Origin: Rhynchopus sp. YZ270_cl-10
Lineage: Eukaryota
Assembly (NCBI GenBank): GCA_964035575.1
Contig: OZ037847.1
Coordinates: forward strand, 806,001 to 870,000
Direction of reading: 5' to 3'
Length of the DNA: 64,000 nt
Shown here piece after piece: positions 36,858 to 48,641 of the stretch. The position numbers were made by a program, and so were the translations under genes. Under the pieces are notes generated by a model that saw nothing but the letters and a program-made list of their open reading frames with translations, did no database searches and was not told where the DNA came from. The first letter of the stretch is position 1, and each line of letters starts with the position of its first letter.

Positions 36858-38318
36858 TTAGTCCCGAAGCCATTTCTCGATATTCGCGATTTCCAGGGCG
36901 CGTGCGGCGAGGACGCTTGGAGGGTCTTCTGGGTTGGAGAAGAAGAGGTCGAGGTGGTGTGCACCACCCTCGATGACGACGGCCAGCACAGAGGAGGACA
37001 CGTTCGAGGTCACACCTGCGGCGGACCATGGGTCGTAGTCTCCGTTGCTGAAGACAATGTTGGAGTACTGGTCAAGCTTGCTTAGCGGTCCGTACTGCGT
37101 CACAATCCAGTCCGGCCGTGGCTCCACACCATACTCAATCTCGCACCTCTGGTTAATGAATTCCAGGTCAAAGGGATACTTCCAAAACATATCCGACACA
37201 CCATCCCGCGCATAGTACGTCTCCTGGCAAAGCATCTGCGTACAAAACTGGAAGTCCCAAATTCCGTCATGCTCCAAATCCTTGTCGTCAAGCTGGTAGC
37301 ACGGAATGTCCTTGGTCGCGTTGTTGAAGATATCGGTCGCGGCCTTGAGTCTGGGCAGCAGCTCTGCTACGGGGGGTTGCACGCCGTCTGTGCCGATCAT
37401 GGCTGCGCAGGCCTCGCGCACAGGGTAGGCGGAGAGGACGGCAGTGCCGCCAGTGATGTAGTCTGTGGGGTAGGGATAGTTACCCATGGCCATCATGTCC
37501 CAGGCGTACATCAGGAGGTAGGCGAGGGCGACAACACTGTCCTCTGTAGGGAGCACGCAGAGGTTGAAGGTGGACTGCAGTTGTGCACGGCCTTGGGCGG
37601 TCTTCGCCTGTTCGAAGACCTGTGCGAAGGCAGCACGCACAGTACTGTCGCACCCCGCCCGTGCACCTGCCTCAGGAGTTGCATCGCGTGTGACGACCTC
37701 CCAGTAGGTCTTCCCAAAGGACGTCGAGATGTCCGTAAACGAATCCTTCCCGCCCAACGCAAACCCAAAGATCGGTGCCGACGCAGAGATCGCCCCATCG
37801 ATCGTGGTCGGGTACTTCATGCGCATCCACGCAGACAGCATCCCACCGTAGGACCCGCCAAACGCAATGACCTTGCTCTCAGGCGACTGCTTATCCTGCT
37901 TGTAGGTGAGCAAAACGTTCGCATAGTCCGCTAGGGCCTGCTCGTGGCTCAGGTACGAGATGTTCCCCTTCACAAAGCTGGAGTTCCCAAACGGCAGCGA
38001 CTCTCCGTAGTAGCGGTGCTCTGCGAAGATGAGCAGCGCACCAAAGCGGTCTTTGTTCTCCCACATCAGCCCAGTGTGGCGTACGTACAGCGTCACATCT
38101 GCCTCGTTTCCGCAGTAAAAGAAAATGGGCTCACCCTTCTTCCAATTCTCCTCCCCACAAACGTAAACACGCTGCTTAAACGTCCTCCAATCCGTGTCTG
38201 GGGAGTAGCTGAAGTGGTCGAGCTTCTGGTTGTACCACTTCAGTGTGCAGTTCTTTGCTGGGTCAATTGGACTGGCACTCACTGCGGCAAGCACGGCGAA
38301 CACATTTAAGAAAAGCAT
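36858..38318 (-). CDS. Lysosomal Pro-X carboxypeptidase (peptidase family S28, PRCP/DPP7-like)
   Basis: Signal peptide; QKLDHF, PIFFYCGNE, AEHRYYGES, QALADYA, GGSYGGML, SNIVFSNGDYDPW, GAHHLDL motifs. Confidence 0.95.
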   Translation of the reverse strand: MLFLNVFAVLAAVSASPIDPAKNCTLKWYNQKLDHFSYSPDTDWRTFKQRVYVCGEENWKKGEPIFFYCGNEADVTLYVRHTGLMWENKDRFGALLIFAEHRYYGESLPFGNSSFVKGNISYLSHEQALADYANVLLTYKQDKQSPESKVIAFGGSYGGMLSAWMRMKYPTTIDGAISASAPIFGFALGGKDSFTDISTSFGKTYWEVVTRDATPEAGARAGCDSTVRAAFAQVFEQAKTAQGRAQLQSTFNLCVLPTEDSVVALAYLLMYAWDMMAMGNYPYPTDYITGGTAVLSAYPVREACAAMIGTDGVQPPVAELLPRLKAATDIFNNATKDIPCYQLDDKDLEHDGIWDFQFCTQMLCQETYYARDGVSDMFWKYPFDLEFINQRCEIEYGVEPRPDWIVTQYGPLSKLDQYSNIVFSNGDYDPWSAAGVTSNVSSSVLAVVIEGGAHHLDLFFSNPEDPPSVLAARALEIANIEKWLRD

Positions 38319-38876
38319 TGTCAAGTGGTCTCTGGTGGTTCATGGTGGTGTGAGGGGAGGGGATACGCCTGCCTCTAGACCTGAGCACAGCCACAACACA
38401 CACCCCACCATTCGCGGAAATATGAAAGCGCCCTGGTGCAACACCCATTACCCTACCCTACCCTACCCCACCCCGCCCCGCCCCATGGCCTCTCTTCTCG
38501 ACCCGATGACAAAATCATTGGGGTTGAAGATGCACATCTGAACAGGTTCTGATCTCGGAGAGAATTATTGAAATATAGTGGGAGGAAACACCATTTTTTT
38601 GTCAGTGTCAGCAACAACTGACACGACTCTATCTACACCCTGGTGCTCCGTCTACGGGTATATCCAGCAGAGTGACATAGTTTGCAGCACTCTCAAAAAA
38701 AAAAAAAAAAAAAAAAAAAAGATATCTTACTGTCCCGTTATTCTTCTTAGGTTGTGACAATACCACCTCCCCAACCCAGGCCCAACAACGAAGAACCGAC
38801 TAGCTAGTCTTCTGTTACACCCCACCCCAAGCGGTAATGCTCCGTGCAGGAGTACGTCCCTGATTACAACACAACC

Positions 38877-39986
38877 TCACATCCCAAACAGAGACTTCAC
38901 CCTTCCCAGCACCGAGGACCGTCCCTCCCTCTCTCGGATGTATTTGATCCGCCAATCGTCATCATTACTGAACGACGCAGGCACAGTGGATTGACCAAAG
39001 GCTGTTATACCCACGGGGTTTTTTCGGGGGTTAATCGCGTCTGCAAAGGAAATCGGATTCTTGCCTTGGTAGAAATCGCCCGTTGGGTTCAGTACGCCGC
39101 CCGCCGGAGCACCGATCGCTTTTTCAACTCTAACCTTTCTGGAGAGATGCGGATCGTTAAGCGTCACCGCCATCAAATCAAGCGTCGCCTGCATCGGGTT
39201 CCTTGAGGAGTCCCTTCCAAGACGGGTCCCCATTGCCCCGGGGCAGAACCCGTTGACACGTATGTCGGATCTTTCCAGCTTCTCTGCGCTCTTGAGGGCG
39301 TACATATAGTGGAGGCATTTGCTGTAGGAGTATGCCGCCCACTCTGCGCGCGCTGGGGAGGACATGTACTCGTCCGGGAAGAACTCAGGGAAGATTATTG
39401 CGCGTTTCATGAATTTGTCAAAGTCAAGCCGCATGAGGTCGTGCATGGCGTTGATGATCTGTGGGGAGAGCACACCTGGCAGGCGTGGACGGCACTCCGC
39501 ACAGAGAATATGCACAACCTGCGAACCTGGCTGCAGGATAGGGAGGAGCGACTCGGTCAGTTCAATTGTGCCGAAGACGTTGTTGCGTACACTCTTCTGC
39601 AACGCGTCTGGGGTCCACCCTGCATGCTTTTCGGCAGCGTTGTTCACAAGGATGCATGGCTTGTTGGCAAATGACCTTTGTATTGAGTGTGTAAAGTCTG
39701 CAACCTGCTTTGGCTCGCTAATGTCCAGATGGCGCATCTCATACGACAGCCTCTCTGGCACACCCAATACAGAATACTCAAACCCTGTTTGCTTCATCGC
39801 ATTCTCCTTGCGATACTCCAGCTCCCTCTCGCAATCATCTATCACAACCTGCATTCTGTCATAAGCGTCGTCACCCCTCCCTGTCAACACTACATGCACT
39901 CCCTGCAAGAGCAGCTCTTGACTGAAAATCGCCCCCAACCCTTGAGTACACCCAGTAACCACCACATTACGAACGAGCTGTCCCAT
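38877..39986 (-). CDS. Short-chain dehydrogenase/reductase (carbonyl reductase-like)
   Basis: VVVTGCTQGLG (TGxxxGxG), LVNNAA, NVFG, YSYSK (YxxxK), VNGFCPGAMGT. Start set at the first ATG, 39986. Confidence 0.9.
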   Translation of the reverse strand: MGQLVRNVVVTGCTQGLGAIFSQELLLQGVHVVLTGRGDDAYDRMQVVIDDCERELEYRKENAMKQTGFEYSVLGVPERLSYEMRHLDISEPKQVADFTHSIQRSFANKPCILVNNAAEKHAGWTPDALQKSVRNNVFGTIELTESLLPILQPGSQVVHILCAECRPRLPGVLSPQIINAMHDLMRLDFDKFMKRAIIFPEFFPDEYMSSPARAEWAAYSYSKCLHYMYALKSAEKLERSDIRVNGFCPGAMGTRLGRDSSRNPMQATLDLMAVTLNDPHLSRKVRVEKAIGAPAGGVLNPTGDFYQGKNPISFADAINPRKNPVGITAFGQSTVPASFSNDDDWRIKYIREREGRSSVLGRVKSLFGM

Positions 39987-40819
39987 ATTCTGAATGGACC
40001 TTGCGGAGCGGTGTCCAAAAAAATAAGAAAATTGAAGCAAAAATAGTGCGAGTGTGAGAGGAGATGGGGAAAAAAGGGGGGTAGGTAGTCATTCGTATTT
40101 CATTCAAGTTGAGCAAAGTAAAGATTCTTGGACCTCAAAAGGAGAGAGGGGGTGCAAGACATCTTTAAGATTGGAGAGGGAGAGAGTACGCAAAGAGAGA
40201 GAAAAAAGAGAGAGAGAGAAAGTTGGGGAAATGATGGGAGTTCGTTTCTGAACCCTTTTTGTTTCACTCCATTTTAACTAAAATCAATGTTTTCGCAGCG
40301 TTTTTTTTTCTTTGCCGTTTGGCATTTTTTTTTCCCTCCCCGTCTTGTTCTTGTTTTTGGGGAGAACGCTGTCCTCTCATTTTTAAGAAAGCCATTGACA
40401 CGGACGGTTGCACAGTGATACACCATACACCGGTAACTGTTTGGAGACTCTTTCTCTCTCACACAGCACACGTGAGGCACGAAGTTCGGTTTGGTTCTTT
40501 GTTCTTTTTTTTCAGTTTGTGAAACAGTTCTGGAATAGTGTAGGTGCCAGTTTTGCTTCCGTTGTTTTATCTGTTTTTTACATTTAACTTTGAATAATCG
40601 ACAACATGAAGACCAAGTCCACGCAGTGTCCTAGACAAAATAGCATCGTTTAAAAAAAAAAATGTGGAATACAGAAATGCTTCTGCATATGTTCATTATT
40701 TCGTCCATGGATCTTCTCTTTCGCCTGCTGTATACTCTGCTTGCCTTCGTTCCCGTTTTGAAGCTTGCAGGCGTGCAGGCGTACAGGTCCTGCACGTACG
40801 AAGTTCTCATTTATGGCTA

Positions 40820-42100
40820 TCAGTCGGATGTACCTTTCGATCGCACCCATTTTACTGTGCTATTGTGAATGCTTGCTGCCTCGTGGGCAGTCATGCCGAT
40901 TCCTTCTAAGACCTCAACAGTGTGGTCACCGCACACGGGGGCCTCTCCCTGTGGCCCGTGCACACCTTTCCCTGCAGACAGACTAACAGGGCTGGTGACC
41001 AACGGGTGTTGCACCCCAGGAATGTTCACAAAGGATCCAACAGCGTGTGCCTGTGGTGCTTGCAGCACCTCATCCAGGCGCAGAGCACGCTGGTACCACA
41101 CCTTGTTCTCGTCCAACTTCGCCTCCCAGTGCTTGCTGTCCTCAGTAATGAATACGTTTTCAAAAACATGGATCTTCGCAGGGTTGCTCTGAGGATGCAC
41201 AATGTCATAGTTAAGGCCAAGGGCCTTGCAGATCGCTGCGTCAAACCGTCCAAGGTCAAGCCCAAGCAGCTGGATCCAGGCCCCATCCTTGCATTTGTAA
41301 ACATTGAACGTCGGGCGGTAATGGTTGGTGCGTGGTTCGCGGATGAAGGCACCCCCTGGGTTGAGTGCTGTGTTCAGCAATGGGTACGACATGCCCCAAA
41401 TGCCAGACTTCAGGAGAGACGCTTCCACAAACTGGCCCTCGCCTGTTCTGTCGCGGTGCCAGAGCGCCAGCGAGACGCCAGACAAAAGCTGCAATGCGGT
41501 CATCTGGTCGCCAATCCCTGGTGGGAACTGGCCGACGTGTCCGTCATCTGTTGGCTTTGAGAAGTCTTGAAGACCCGATGCTGCCCAGAAGGCACCCACG
41601 TCGTAGCCAGGGTCGTTCTTCTTGTCACCCTCCATACCCCAGGCGGTGAGGATCGCGTACACGAGACGTGAGTTGAGCTTCTTCAAGGCTTCGTAACCGA
41701 GGCCCGACTTCTCTAAGGATTGGTAACGCACGTTTGTGATGAAGACGTCGGCGGACTGGAGCAGCTTCAGCATGGCTGTGTGGTGTTGCTTATTTTTCAG
41801 GTCCAGCACGATGCTCTTCTTCCCGCGGTTGTTTTGGGTGAAGTGAGGACCACCTGTCTCGCTGTCGGGAAGTTTGTTCGCACGGTCACCTCTCCACGGG
41901 TCACCACCAGGCCGTTCAACCTTGATCACTTCTGCACCCATGTCTGCCATCAACGCCCCACACGCTGGGCCCGCAATGATCGTCGCAAGTTCCACTACAC
42001 GAATACCCTTCAGGATGCCACTCTTCACCTCAACATCGCACTTCGCGCTCTGAGCTGCCGCCTTACCAAGATGGCTCTCAAGAACGTCAACCCGATGCAT
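40820..42100 (-). CDS. CoA-transferase family III (CaiB/BaiF)
   Basis: LKGIRVVEL, IAGPACG, ADMGAEVIKVE, NRGKKSIVLDLK, ADVFITN, GYD and the catalytic-region GD motif. Confidence 0.95.
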   Translation of the reverse strand: MHRVDVLESHLGKAAAQSAKCDVEVKSGILKGIRVVELATIIAGPACGALMADMGAEVIKVERPGGDPWRGDRANKLPDSETGGPHFTQNNRGKKSIVLDLKNKQHHTAMLKLLQSADVFITNVRYQSLEKSGLGYEALKKLNSRLVYAILTAWGMEGDKKNDPGYDVGAFWAASGLQDFSKPTDDGHVGQFPPGIGDQMTALQLLSGVSLALWHRDRTGEGQFVEASLLKSGIWGMSYPLLNTALNPGGAFIREPRTNHYRPTFNVYKCKDGAWIQLLGLDLGRFDAAICKALGLNYDIVHPQSNPAKIHVFENVFITEDSKHWEAKLDENKVWYQRALRLDEVLQAPQAHAVGSFVNIPGVQHPLVTSPVSLSAGKGVHGPQGEAPVCGDHTVEVLEGIGMTAHEAASIHNSTVKWVRSKGTSD

Positions 42101-42243
42101 AGTGTGGTGTGTTTGCTGTGGTGCATGGAGGAGGGTGGAAGGGGGAAGGAGAAGGGAGAAGGAGAGGCAACATAAAGTGTTGGGGAGCTATCATGTGCTT
42201 AGAAAGATTCCTGTCTTCTGCTGATCCCTGTAAAGGGGGATAG

Positions 42244-44610
42244 TCACGCTGGGAACTTAACTACATAGTTCTCCGGTCGTGTCTTATTTTGCAGCATATT
42301 TAAGAATCGCGTGAGAAAAGCCGAATTTTTGTGTTTGAGAGGAACCACCCTCGGGGGGTGTGCATCCTGCTCAGGAAAGTCGTCCAAAGACTGCTCCTGT
42401 CGGAGTGGTCGTAAGGATCGATGGGAGCTATTTTTTCTATTGGGGCGACCGTTGCGTTTGCTGTGATTCAACTTCGTAACAGGCTGTGACACAGCAGAGT
42501 CTTGGCTGGGTTTAAACAAAGCATCCTTGCTCTTCCACTTGAATTGTCCCCTTATCCCGAGAACCGCAGTCTCGTGTTCCGACACGAGGAACGCCAACTT
42601 CTCGCTGAGAGACTCTGTCGAAACCTTTGCGGAGCAAAGTTTCACAGCTGCGAGGGTACGCTTTTGGACGTACGAGGGTATCCCTGGCGCGCCTGTCCGT
42701 TCCTTTGGCTCGGGGCGAGCTTGGATCCTTTGTGGCGAATCTTGTGCATCCTTGCGCGCGTTCAATAAGAAACTGGGCTGCGGGGTGCACAGGGGCTTTG
42801 CTGTGGAGGCACGTTCGGGACAGGGCACGGAGAGCGGGAAGTAGAGGGCGTCCTCCTGCACGTTGCGCAGCAGCCCCCTCTCCTCATCCGTGCACTGCAG
42901 ACACAGTGCACGGAAGCGCTGTGGGTGGATGTGTGGGAGGCCGTTTCCGACGAACATTTGCAACTTTTCGCGGGACAGCTGCCAACACTCGCAGTTGGTC
43001 TTAGCGACAATGTAGCACACCCATCTCGATGATATCAGCAGCGCAGGGCACATACACTCACCAAAACCAACGCGTCGTGTTAACCCTGTCTGCGGATGTG
43101 TTGCCATTGCCACACCCTGCATCAACAGAAATGCTGTCACGCAATGCTGCGACGGCGTCGCAAGGAACTCCCCAGGGTTCACCACCCGCTTCGTGAACAT
43201 CCCCGCAAGGACGAGGGCGGCATGCTCCGACATGCACCCCGACCTCATGGCAGCCTGGAAGAGAGGCACAGAACGTATGATGCAGGGCTGCAGCTGCGGT
43301 GCCATGTAGCCCCTGCGAAGCTTGTTCATGTTCACATTGAGCTTCTCGCGTGTGCTCTCCGACGCCTTCTCAAAAAATTGCACAAAATCGTGGTATTCCA
43401 ACCCCCACAGGTCACATCGGGTGTGCGCCTGGATTTCCTTCACAAGCTTTGGGTTGAACAGACTCTCTTGGCTTAGGGTTTGCGGTGCACGCAGCCAGCT
43501 TAGCACCATGACCTCTCCTGCCTCACGCATGACGGACTTGCACGTGCCTCTTCGGAGGAAGTACATGACACCTTGACCTTGCTCCGCTTGCTCTGGGCAG
43601 ACGAGGACCTTGCCTGGCTGCGAGGCGATAGGCTTGAGCAGGTCGATGACCTTGCGCAACGACTCCACGGGGAGGCCTTGGAAGAGGCTTGACCTTGCCA
43701 CGAGAGCTGGCGTCATGGGAAGCGAGACGGACAGCGTTGTTGCACGGTACTGTGTACACCGCGCCTCGACCTCCCTGTACACAGCTTCGGGCAGTGCCTC
43801 CATGACACGCTCGACGACCCTGCCCGGGAGGAAGACTACCTCGATGTGTCCGGAGTGCACTGTTAGGGAGTGTGCGAAGTGCTCCTTCACGAAGAACGAC
43901 GCGTCGCCCAGGATGCGCGGTGCCTTGATCTGCTCCGACAGGTGGCGGCTGCCTGAGGCTTCATAGCGGTCGAAGTGGCTCACCGACCCTTGCACCAGGA
44001 TGTAGACACCAGGCAGATGCGACTCACCTTGGTACAGCAGCAGCTCCGGGGGTTCGTAGACAAGAGGGATGCCTTCCTGGAGGAGCTCGTTGATGGACTC
44101 GTCTGGCCAGTCGCGGAAGAAGAAACTTTGCTTCCAAATTGAACGCGGCACGGAACGGGGCGAGGTGAAGCGCTGTCCTTTTTGTACGCGGCGTTTCCAG
44201 CTGAGCTTTATCCTTACCCAGATTGCGAAGCGTTCGTCAAGCCGCCTCATGGCCTCTTGGCGGACGAGGTCTGTGGCAAGCTCGGAGAGCGTACTGAGCA
44301 TCCAGCCTGGGATGAGCGACACTTTTGCCTTGCTTTCATCTTTGGCGGCGGGTTTTGTGAGGAGAGATTCGGGTGCCCGGCATTCTTGTCGTTCGCGACG
44401 TTTCTTGACACCTATGAACAACTTCCCTAGACACAGCACTGCTAGCGCACCACGCTTCAGAAGCGAAGTACGATGCACCCTGCTCTTCGAGACACGCCTC
44501 AACGCAGGCTTTTCCCACTGCCCCCCACCATAGCCCATCGGACTTGAGACACATCCTCCTAGTTTGATCGGCAGTTTGATGATCCGTTCCGTTGGCGGTC
44601 GACCCTCCAT
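42244..44610 (-). CDS. Cyclic nucleotide-binding domain protein (about three degenerate cNMP domains)
   Basis: Repeated F..[WL]....L / LLYQGE...VYILVQGSV / MYFLRRG / AFLLMQG and CDLWGL / CECWQLSR patterns. Confidence 0.85.
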   Translation of the reverse strand: MEGRPPTERIIKLPIKLGGCVSSPMGYGGGQWEKPALRRVSKSRVHRTSLLKRGALAVLCLGKLFIGVKKRRERQECRAPESLLTKPAAKDESKAKVSLIPGWMLSTLSELATDLVRQEAMRRLDERFAIWVRIKLSWKRRVQKGQRFTSPRSVPRSIWKQSFFFRDWPDESINELLQEGIPLVYEPPELLLYQGESHLPGVYILVQGSVSHFDRYEASGSRHLSEQIKAPRILGDASFFVKEHFAHSLTVHSGHIEVVFLPGRVVERVMEALPEAVYREVEARCTQYRATTLSVSLPMTPALVARSSLFQGLPVESLRKVIDLLKPIASQPGKVLVCPEQAEQGQGVMYFLRRGTCKSVMREAGEVMVLSWLRAPQTLSQESLFNPKLVKEIQAHTRCDLWGLEYHDFVQFFEKASESTREKLNVNMNKLRRGYMAPQLQPCIIRSVPLFQAAMRSGCMSEHAALVLAGMFTKRVVNPGEFLATPSQHCVTAFLLMQGVAMATHPQTGLTRRVGFGECMCPALLISSRWVCYIVAKTNCECWQLSREKLQMFVGNGLPHIHPQRFRALCLQCTDEERGLLRNVQEDALYFPLSVPCPERASTAKPLCTPQPSFLLNARKDAQDSPQRIQARPEPKERTGAPGIPSYVQKRTLAAVKLCSAKVSTESLSEKLAFLVSEHETAVLGIRGQFKWKSKDALFKPSQDSAVSQPVTKLNHSKRNGRPNRKNSSHRSLRPLRQEQSLDDFPEQDAHPPRVVPLKHKNSAFLTRFLNMLQNKTRPENYVVKFPA

Positions 44611-45314
44611 AGCATACAAAATCGCATGGGGTTGTGGAAAGGGGATGCAAAACGTGGATACTATTTGGTGAAAAGAGTGTAGGGAGGAGGGGAAGGGGAA
44701 GAGGAAGAGGGAGGAATGGCAAAAGTATTAGTTAGTATTGTGTCGGGAGAAGTGGGTTGCTTGAGTTGTTTGGGTTGTGTATTGCCCGTTGGAAAAGGGG
44801 CGCAAAAAGAAAACTTGAAAGATGAATGTGCCTCTCATGCACATACCAAAAAAAGATAAAAAAATTAGACAAAAAAATAAAGAAAGAAAGACAGGGTCGA
44901 ACACATCAGATGAACGTATATCCCCACATACACACTTTTGTCCACAAATGCGGTGAACAGCCTTAACATAAAAGGAAAGAGGAGTTGTGCCGTGCAGGTT
45001 ACTTTCTTTTTTTTCCAAAAATAAAATAACAAGATTACGAACACATTTCGTCTCGGAAAGACGTTGTAAGGTTTCTGTGGGTCCCAATGGCCCCAGAGAG
45101 ATGAGGCCTTTTTCCTGAGAGTAAACCCTGGTGGAGACTTGCTTGCGTGGCAGCGCGCACTACGCCAAGAAATAACAGATTATCAATAAAGAGAGAAAAA
45201 AACACAGAAAATAAGGAAAATCCTTCAGTCCACAGAAAAAAGCTTGACTTAAAATACAAAGCCCTATTGTGACAGATGCCAGTGAAAATATAAAAATGCT
45301 GAAGTATTAGCACA

Positions 45315-47186
45315 CTACTTGCTAGGCCGAAGGGGCTCTATGTTCTTCTTCTTCAGAAGCTCTTTGCTGTACTTCTCTGGCACAGCCGATGCCTTCAGTT
45401 CATGAATCTTGCGCTGTATTATTATTTTCTTTTTTTTCTTTTGCGTTTTGATAAAAAAAGAACATACGTTGCGGATGGACTCGATCTTCATTTCTTGGTC
45501 TTTGCGCTGCGATTTGAGGGAGTTGCCCTCTTCCAGGAAGCCACGACGGTCCTTCTTCCTGGCCTCCTCCATGAGCTCGATCTGGTCCCGCAGGTCCTCA
45601 GCGTTCTTGAGGCGGCGGCTCGCTTCGAGTTGCTTCTTCGACTTCTCCTGCTGGTCCCATTGTCTCTGCACAGCGATGATCCTCTCAAAGTCTTCGTTCT
45701 CCTGCCTCGCCTGCTCTGCAAGGGTGACTTCCTTCTCAAGCTTCTGGCTTTGCCTGGCCAAAGCAAGGTCAGAGTTGATCGCAGTGACACGCGCAGCTGC
45801 CTCCTTCTCCTTCGCACGGTGTTCTCTCTCAGCTGCCTCTTGAGCACGGCGTGCGCGCAGGGCATCGAGCTCTGCCTGCTTGTCTTGGGCCTTCTCCTGC
45901 AGCGAACGGAGACGGGCAATTTCACGTTCCTTCTCAGCCTTGACACGTTCATTCTCTTCGGCGATAGCTTGCTCGCGTGTGTCTTTCTCCTTGAGGTATT
46001 CCGAGATCCTCCGGTCTTCGGACTGTATGTGGGTAGAGTGGTAGTAAGGAGTGTGCTGTGCTCTATACCTGTTCGACCTCTCGCTGTCTGTTCTTGAGGC
46101 GGATCTGCTCAGCATTGGCCAAGGCCACGTCCTCCATGAGACGTTTTGCTGCCTCCTTCTTCTTGAGTGCCTCCTGCTTGTCGTCGTCACGCATGCGTTC
46201 GATGTGACGCAGCATCGCTTCCTGTGGATGGGTTGAGAACGTCGAGTGAGGTAATGTTGATCCATTCGTAGTAAGGTTCATTGATGATAAAGTGCGAAAT
46301 TATTGTGAAAAGTTGTGAAAAGTTGTGAAACCGCCCCAAGTGTAGCACCAAAATAGGAACATAAGGGAAATGGGAAAACACACACCTGTTCCTGTTGCTT
46401 GAGCTCAAGGCGCCGCAGGCTTTCCTGAACACGTTCCTCAATCTGAGCCCGGATGACAGCAGCACCCTTCCGTCTGTTCTCAATGCGCTTCTGCTCCCTT
46501 TCGTCGTACATCTTGAGTGCCTTGAGCCGCTCCATCTCCATTGCCATGTCCAGGCGCGCTTCCTCCTCTGCACGCTCAGAGGAGATAGACTGCTTCTCCT
46601 TTATTTGCGCATCACGGATAGTCACACACTTTGTGTACAACATAATCTGTTTTAGTTTAGAAAAGATAAGGCGCGACGCGTGTTTGGCAGACAAGAAAGA
46701 GAAATTGAAAGTACAAACGTCTCACCGTGCATCGGTGGGCGGGCAATAAAGAGAAGTTGGAAATAAGAAAACAAAACTGTGGGTCCAGAATGGGGTGGGA
46801 AGCAAGGTTACCTTATTCATGTACTTCACCTCGTCAAGCTCCTCGTCCATCTGCAGCTGCGCTTTCGAGAGACTCTCGTGTTTGGTGACTTCCTCCTCTG
46901 CGTCTTCAGGGGACTTAGTGCTGCCCTTGGCACGTCGCTCCTCGTCGTGTGCAATGATCTTGGCCTTCCTTTCGTTGGCAATGCTCATGAGACGTGCCTT
47001 CTCGTCTGCAGAGGTTGTTGTGCGGAGTTTGTCTCGGTCGTTCTGCTCCATGATGTTCTTCCACTGCATGAGCTCGCTTGCAGTCACGACCACTGTGCTG
47101 TCTGCAGGTGCTCCATACACATCTATCACTTTCTTCTTCAACTGCCCTTCACTCACCACCGGGCGTGACCGCCTGTTCGCACTCAT
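45315..47186 (-). CDS. CFAP45: Cilia- and flagella-associated protein 45 (CCDC19/FAP45), 5 exons (46812-47186, 46386-46646, 46069-46221, 45468-46022, 45315-45413), 480 aa
   Basis: Four phase-0 GT-AG introns (165, 164, 46 and 54 nt) give a continuous protein with EELDEVKYMNKIMLYTKCVTIRDAQIKEK, RLDMAMEMER, EKEREIARLRSLQEKAQDKQAELDALRARRAQE and VPEKY, typical of CFAP45. Confidence 0.93.
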
Positions 47187-47429
47187 GGTTTGGCCTTTCG
47201 GCTGTGTAGTGGCGGATCGCTGACTAAGATGAGTGTGGTGATACCTTTCAGCGGTAGATAAATAGGTGAATAAGAATTCTCTGTACAAAACAGATCCAAA
47301 AGACCGTAGCAGTCTGGAAGGGGTGAGCGGGGTGGAAAAAATTAGAAAGGTATAGGCCTATTGGAGGGGGTAGTCTCATTTAGCCGTTCTGTGATTCACA
47401 GTATGGAAATACCGTTTGCACAGAAGAGA

Positions 47430-48485
47430 TTACCAGGTCAGGACGTCGGTCTCGCCCAAGACTTTGATCGCTTGCGCTTGTCCATCTGTACGCTGCAGTT
47501 GGTCTCGACGCATTTGTTCCCGTAACCGTTTCTTGTCCTTCTCCAGCTGATACTGTCTACGCCGTTCTGCCTTGTATTCCATGCGTTTCGTGTTTTCTTC
47601 CTCTTTTCGTTGGTAAAGAATGACGTCAGCTTCGATTTTCTCTTGCAACCTTCTGCCCAACAGAGATAGGTGTGTCCGCTTCCAGAGGTTAGAGTTGTGT
47701 TCTTTTGCAGCCACCTTCAGGGCAGTGTACTCTGATTCAAAGCGTTCGTGCTCCTCCGCACTGATGGCACGACGCAAGCGCTCTTCATCAAGCACGAGAG
47801 AGACCTTCAACTCAACCTGCTTCCTCATCTCTGCTTGGGTCCACTCGTCACGAGCCTTAGCTGCATCTGCACGGGACGCATCTTCACGTTCCCTTCGCTC
47901 GCGACGGTTTCGAAGGAACAACTCTTGTCTCTGAGCTTTTTGACGCTTCTCATCCCGAGCGCTTTCGCGTGTGCGGATACACGTGGCCTCCGAAGCTTCG
48001 ATGTATCGCTGCTGAGCCTCCCGTTGGGCTTGCTCCCTGCGCTTGATAATCTTCTTCTCGTTTTCTTCGCGCCTTGCTTTAATTGTATCTGATGCAGCAC
48101 GATGTTCCTCCTGTTTCTGTTGGTACAAAGCACGTTTCCGTTGCACCAGGTACTCTGGGTCGAGCGTGAGGGCCACCATGTAAGGAAAGGTGCTGTTATC
48201 CTTGAACTTTTCTATCTTTGGCAGAATGCGTGACTCGGGGGTGCAGTGACCAAGCCCGTTGCACTGCCGGAGAGTGTAGGCATCGGGAGTGTCATATTCT
48301 TTTCGGCATTGTGGTGCGATCTGTAAATACGCTTGTGCAACGATGTGCTCGGAGGGGGTGCTTTCCACTGCCCGCACAAGAATGAGCTGAGGTTTGATAC
48401 CCAAGACACGGACATGCACCTGCACCACAAAAGACGTGTCAGCCTCCTGCCGCTTCACCTTGCGCCGCTCTGAAGAGCTCTCCAT
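47430..48485 (-). CDS. Hypothetical coiled-coil protein, 351 aa
   Basis: Long ORF; small globular N-terminal part followed by an R/E/K/Q-rich helix. Confidence 0.8.
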   Translation of the reverse strand: MESSSERRKVKRQEADTSFVVQVHVRVLGIKPQLILVRAVESTPSEHIVAQAYLQIAPQCRKEYDTPDAYTLRQCNGLGHCTPESRILPKIEKFKDNSTFPYMVALTLDPEYLVQRKRALYQQKQEEHRAASDTIKARREENEKKIIKRREQAQREAQQRYIEASEATCIRTRESARDEKRQKAQRQELFLRNRRERREREDASRADAAKARDEWTQAEMRKQVELKVSLVLDEERLRRAISAEEHERFESEYTALKVAAKEHNSNLWKRTHLSLLGRRLQEKIEADVILYQRKEEENTKRMEYKAERRRQYQLEKDKKRLREQMRRDQLQRTDGQAQAIKVLGETDVLTW

Positions 48486-48641
48486 AACATATCGTATGTG
48501 CTCTGTTGAGGTGTCATTTGATGTGTAACAGTTGCAAGGGTGGGGGACGTGGGGTTCTTTATGCGTTCTGGTTATATCTTAATGAGTCCTCCCGCCTCCC
48601 ACAGAGTTTGGGGGGAGAGGGGTTTGTTAGCGTGTAATGCT

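Noticed and set aside
38478..38562. Possible plus-strand C/D snoRNA (CGATGA...CTGA...CTGA with complementary flanks)
   Set aside because: Imperfect C box, opposite strand to the cluster, and no identifiable rRNA guide.
15377..47186. All six IF1 and CFAP45 introns are phase 0
   Set aside because: Small sample; phase-0 excess is general in eukaryotes, and other genes here have phase 1 or 2 introns.
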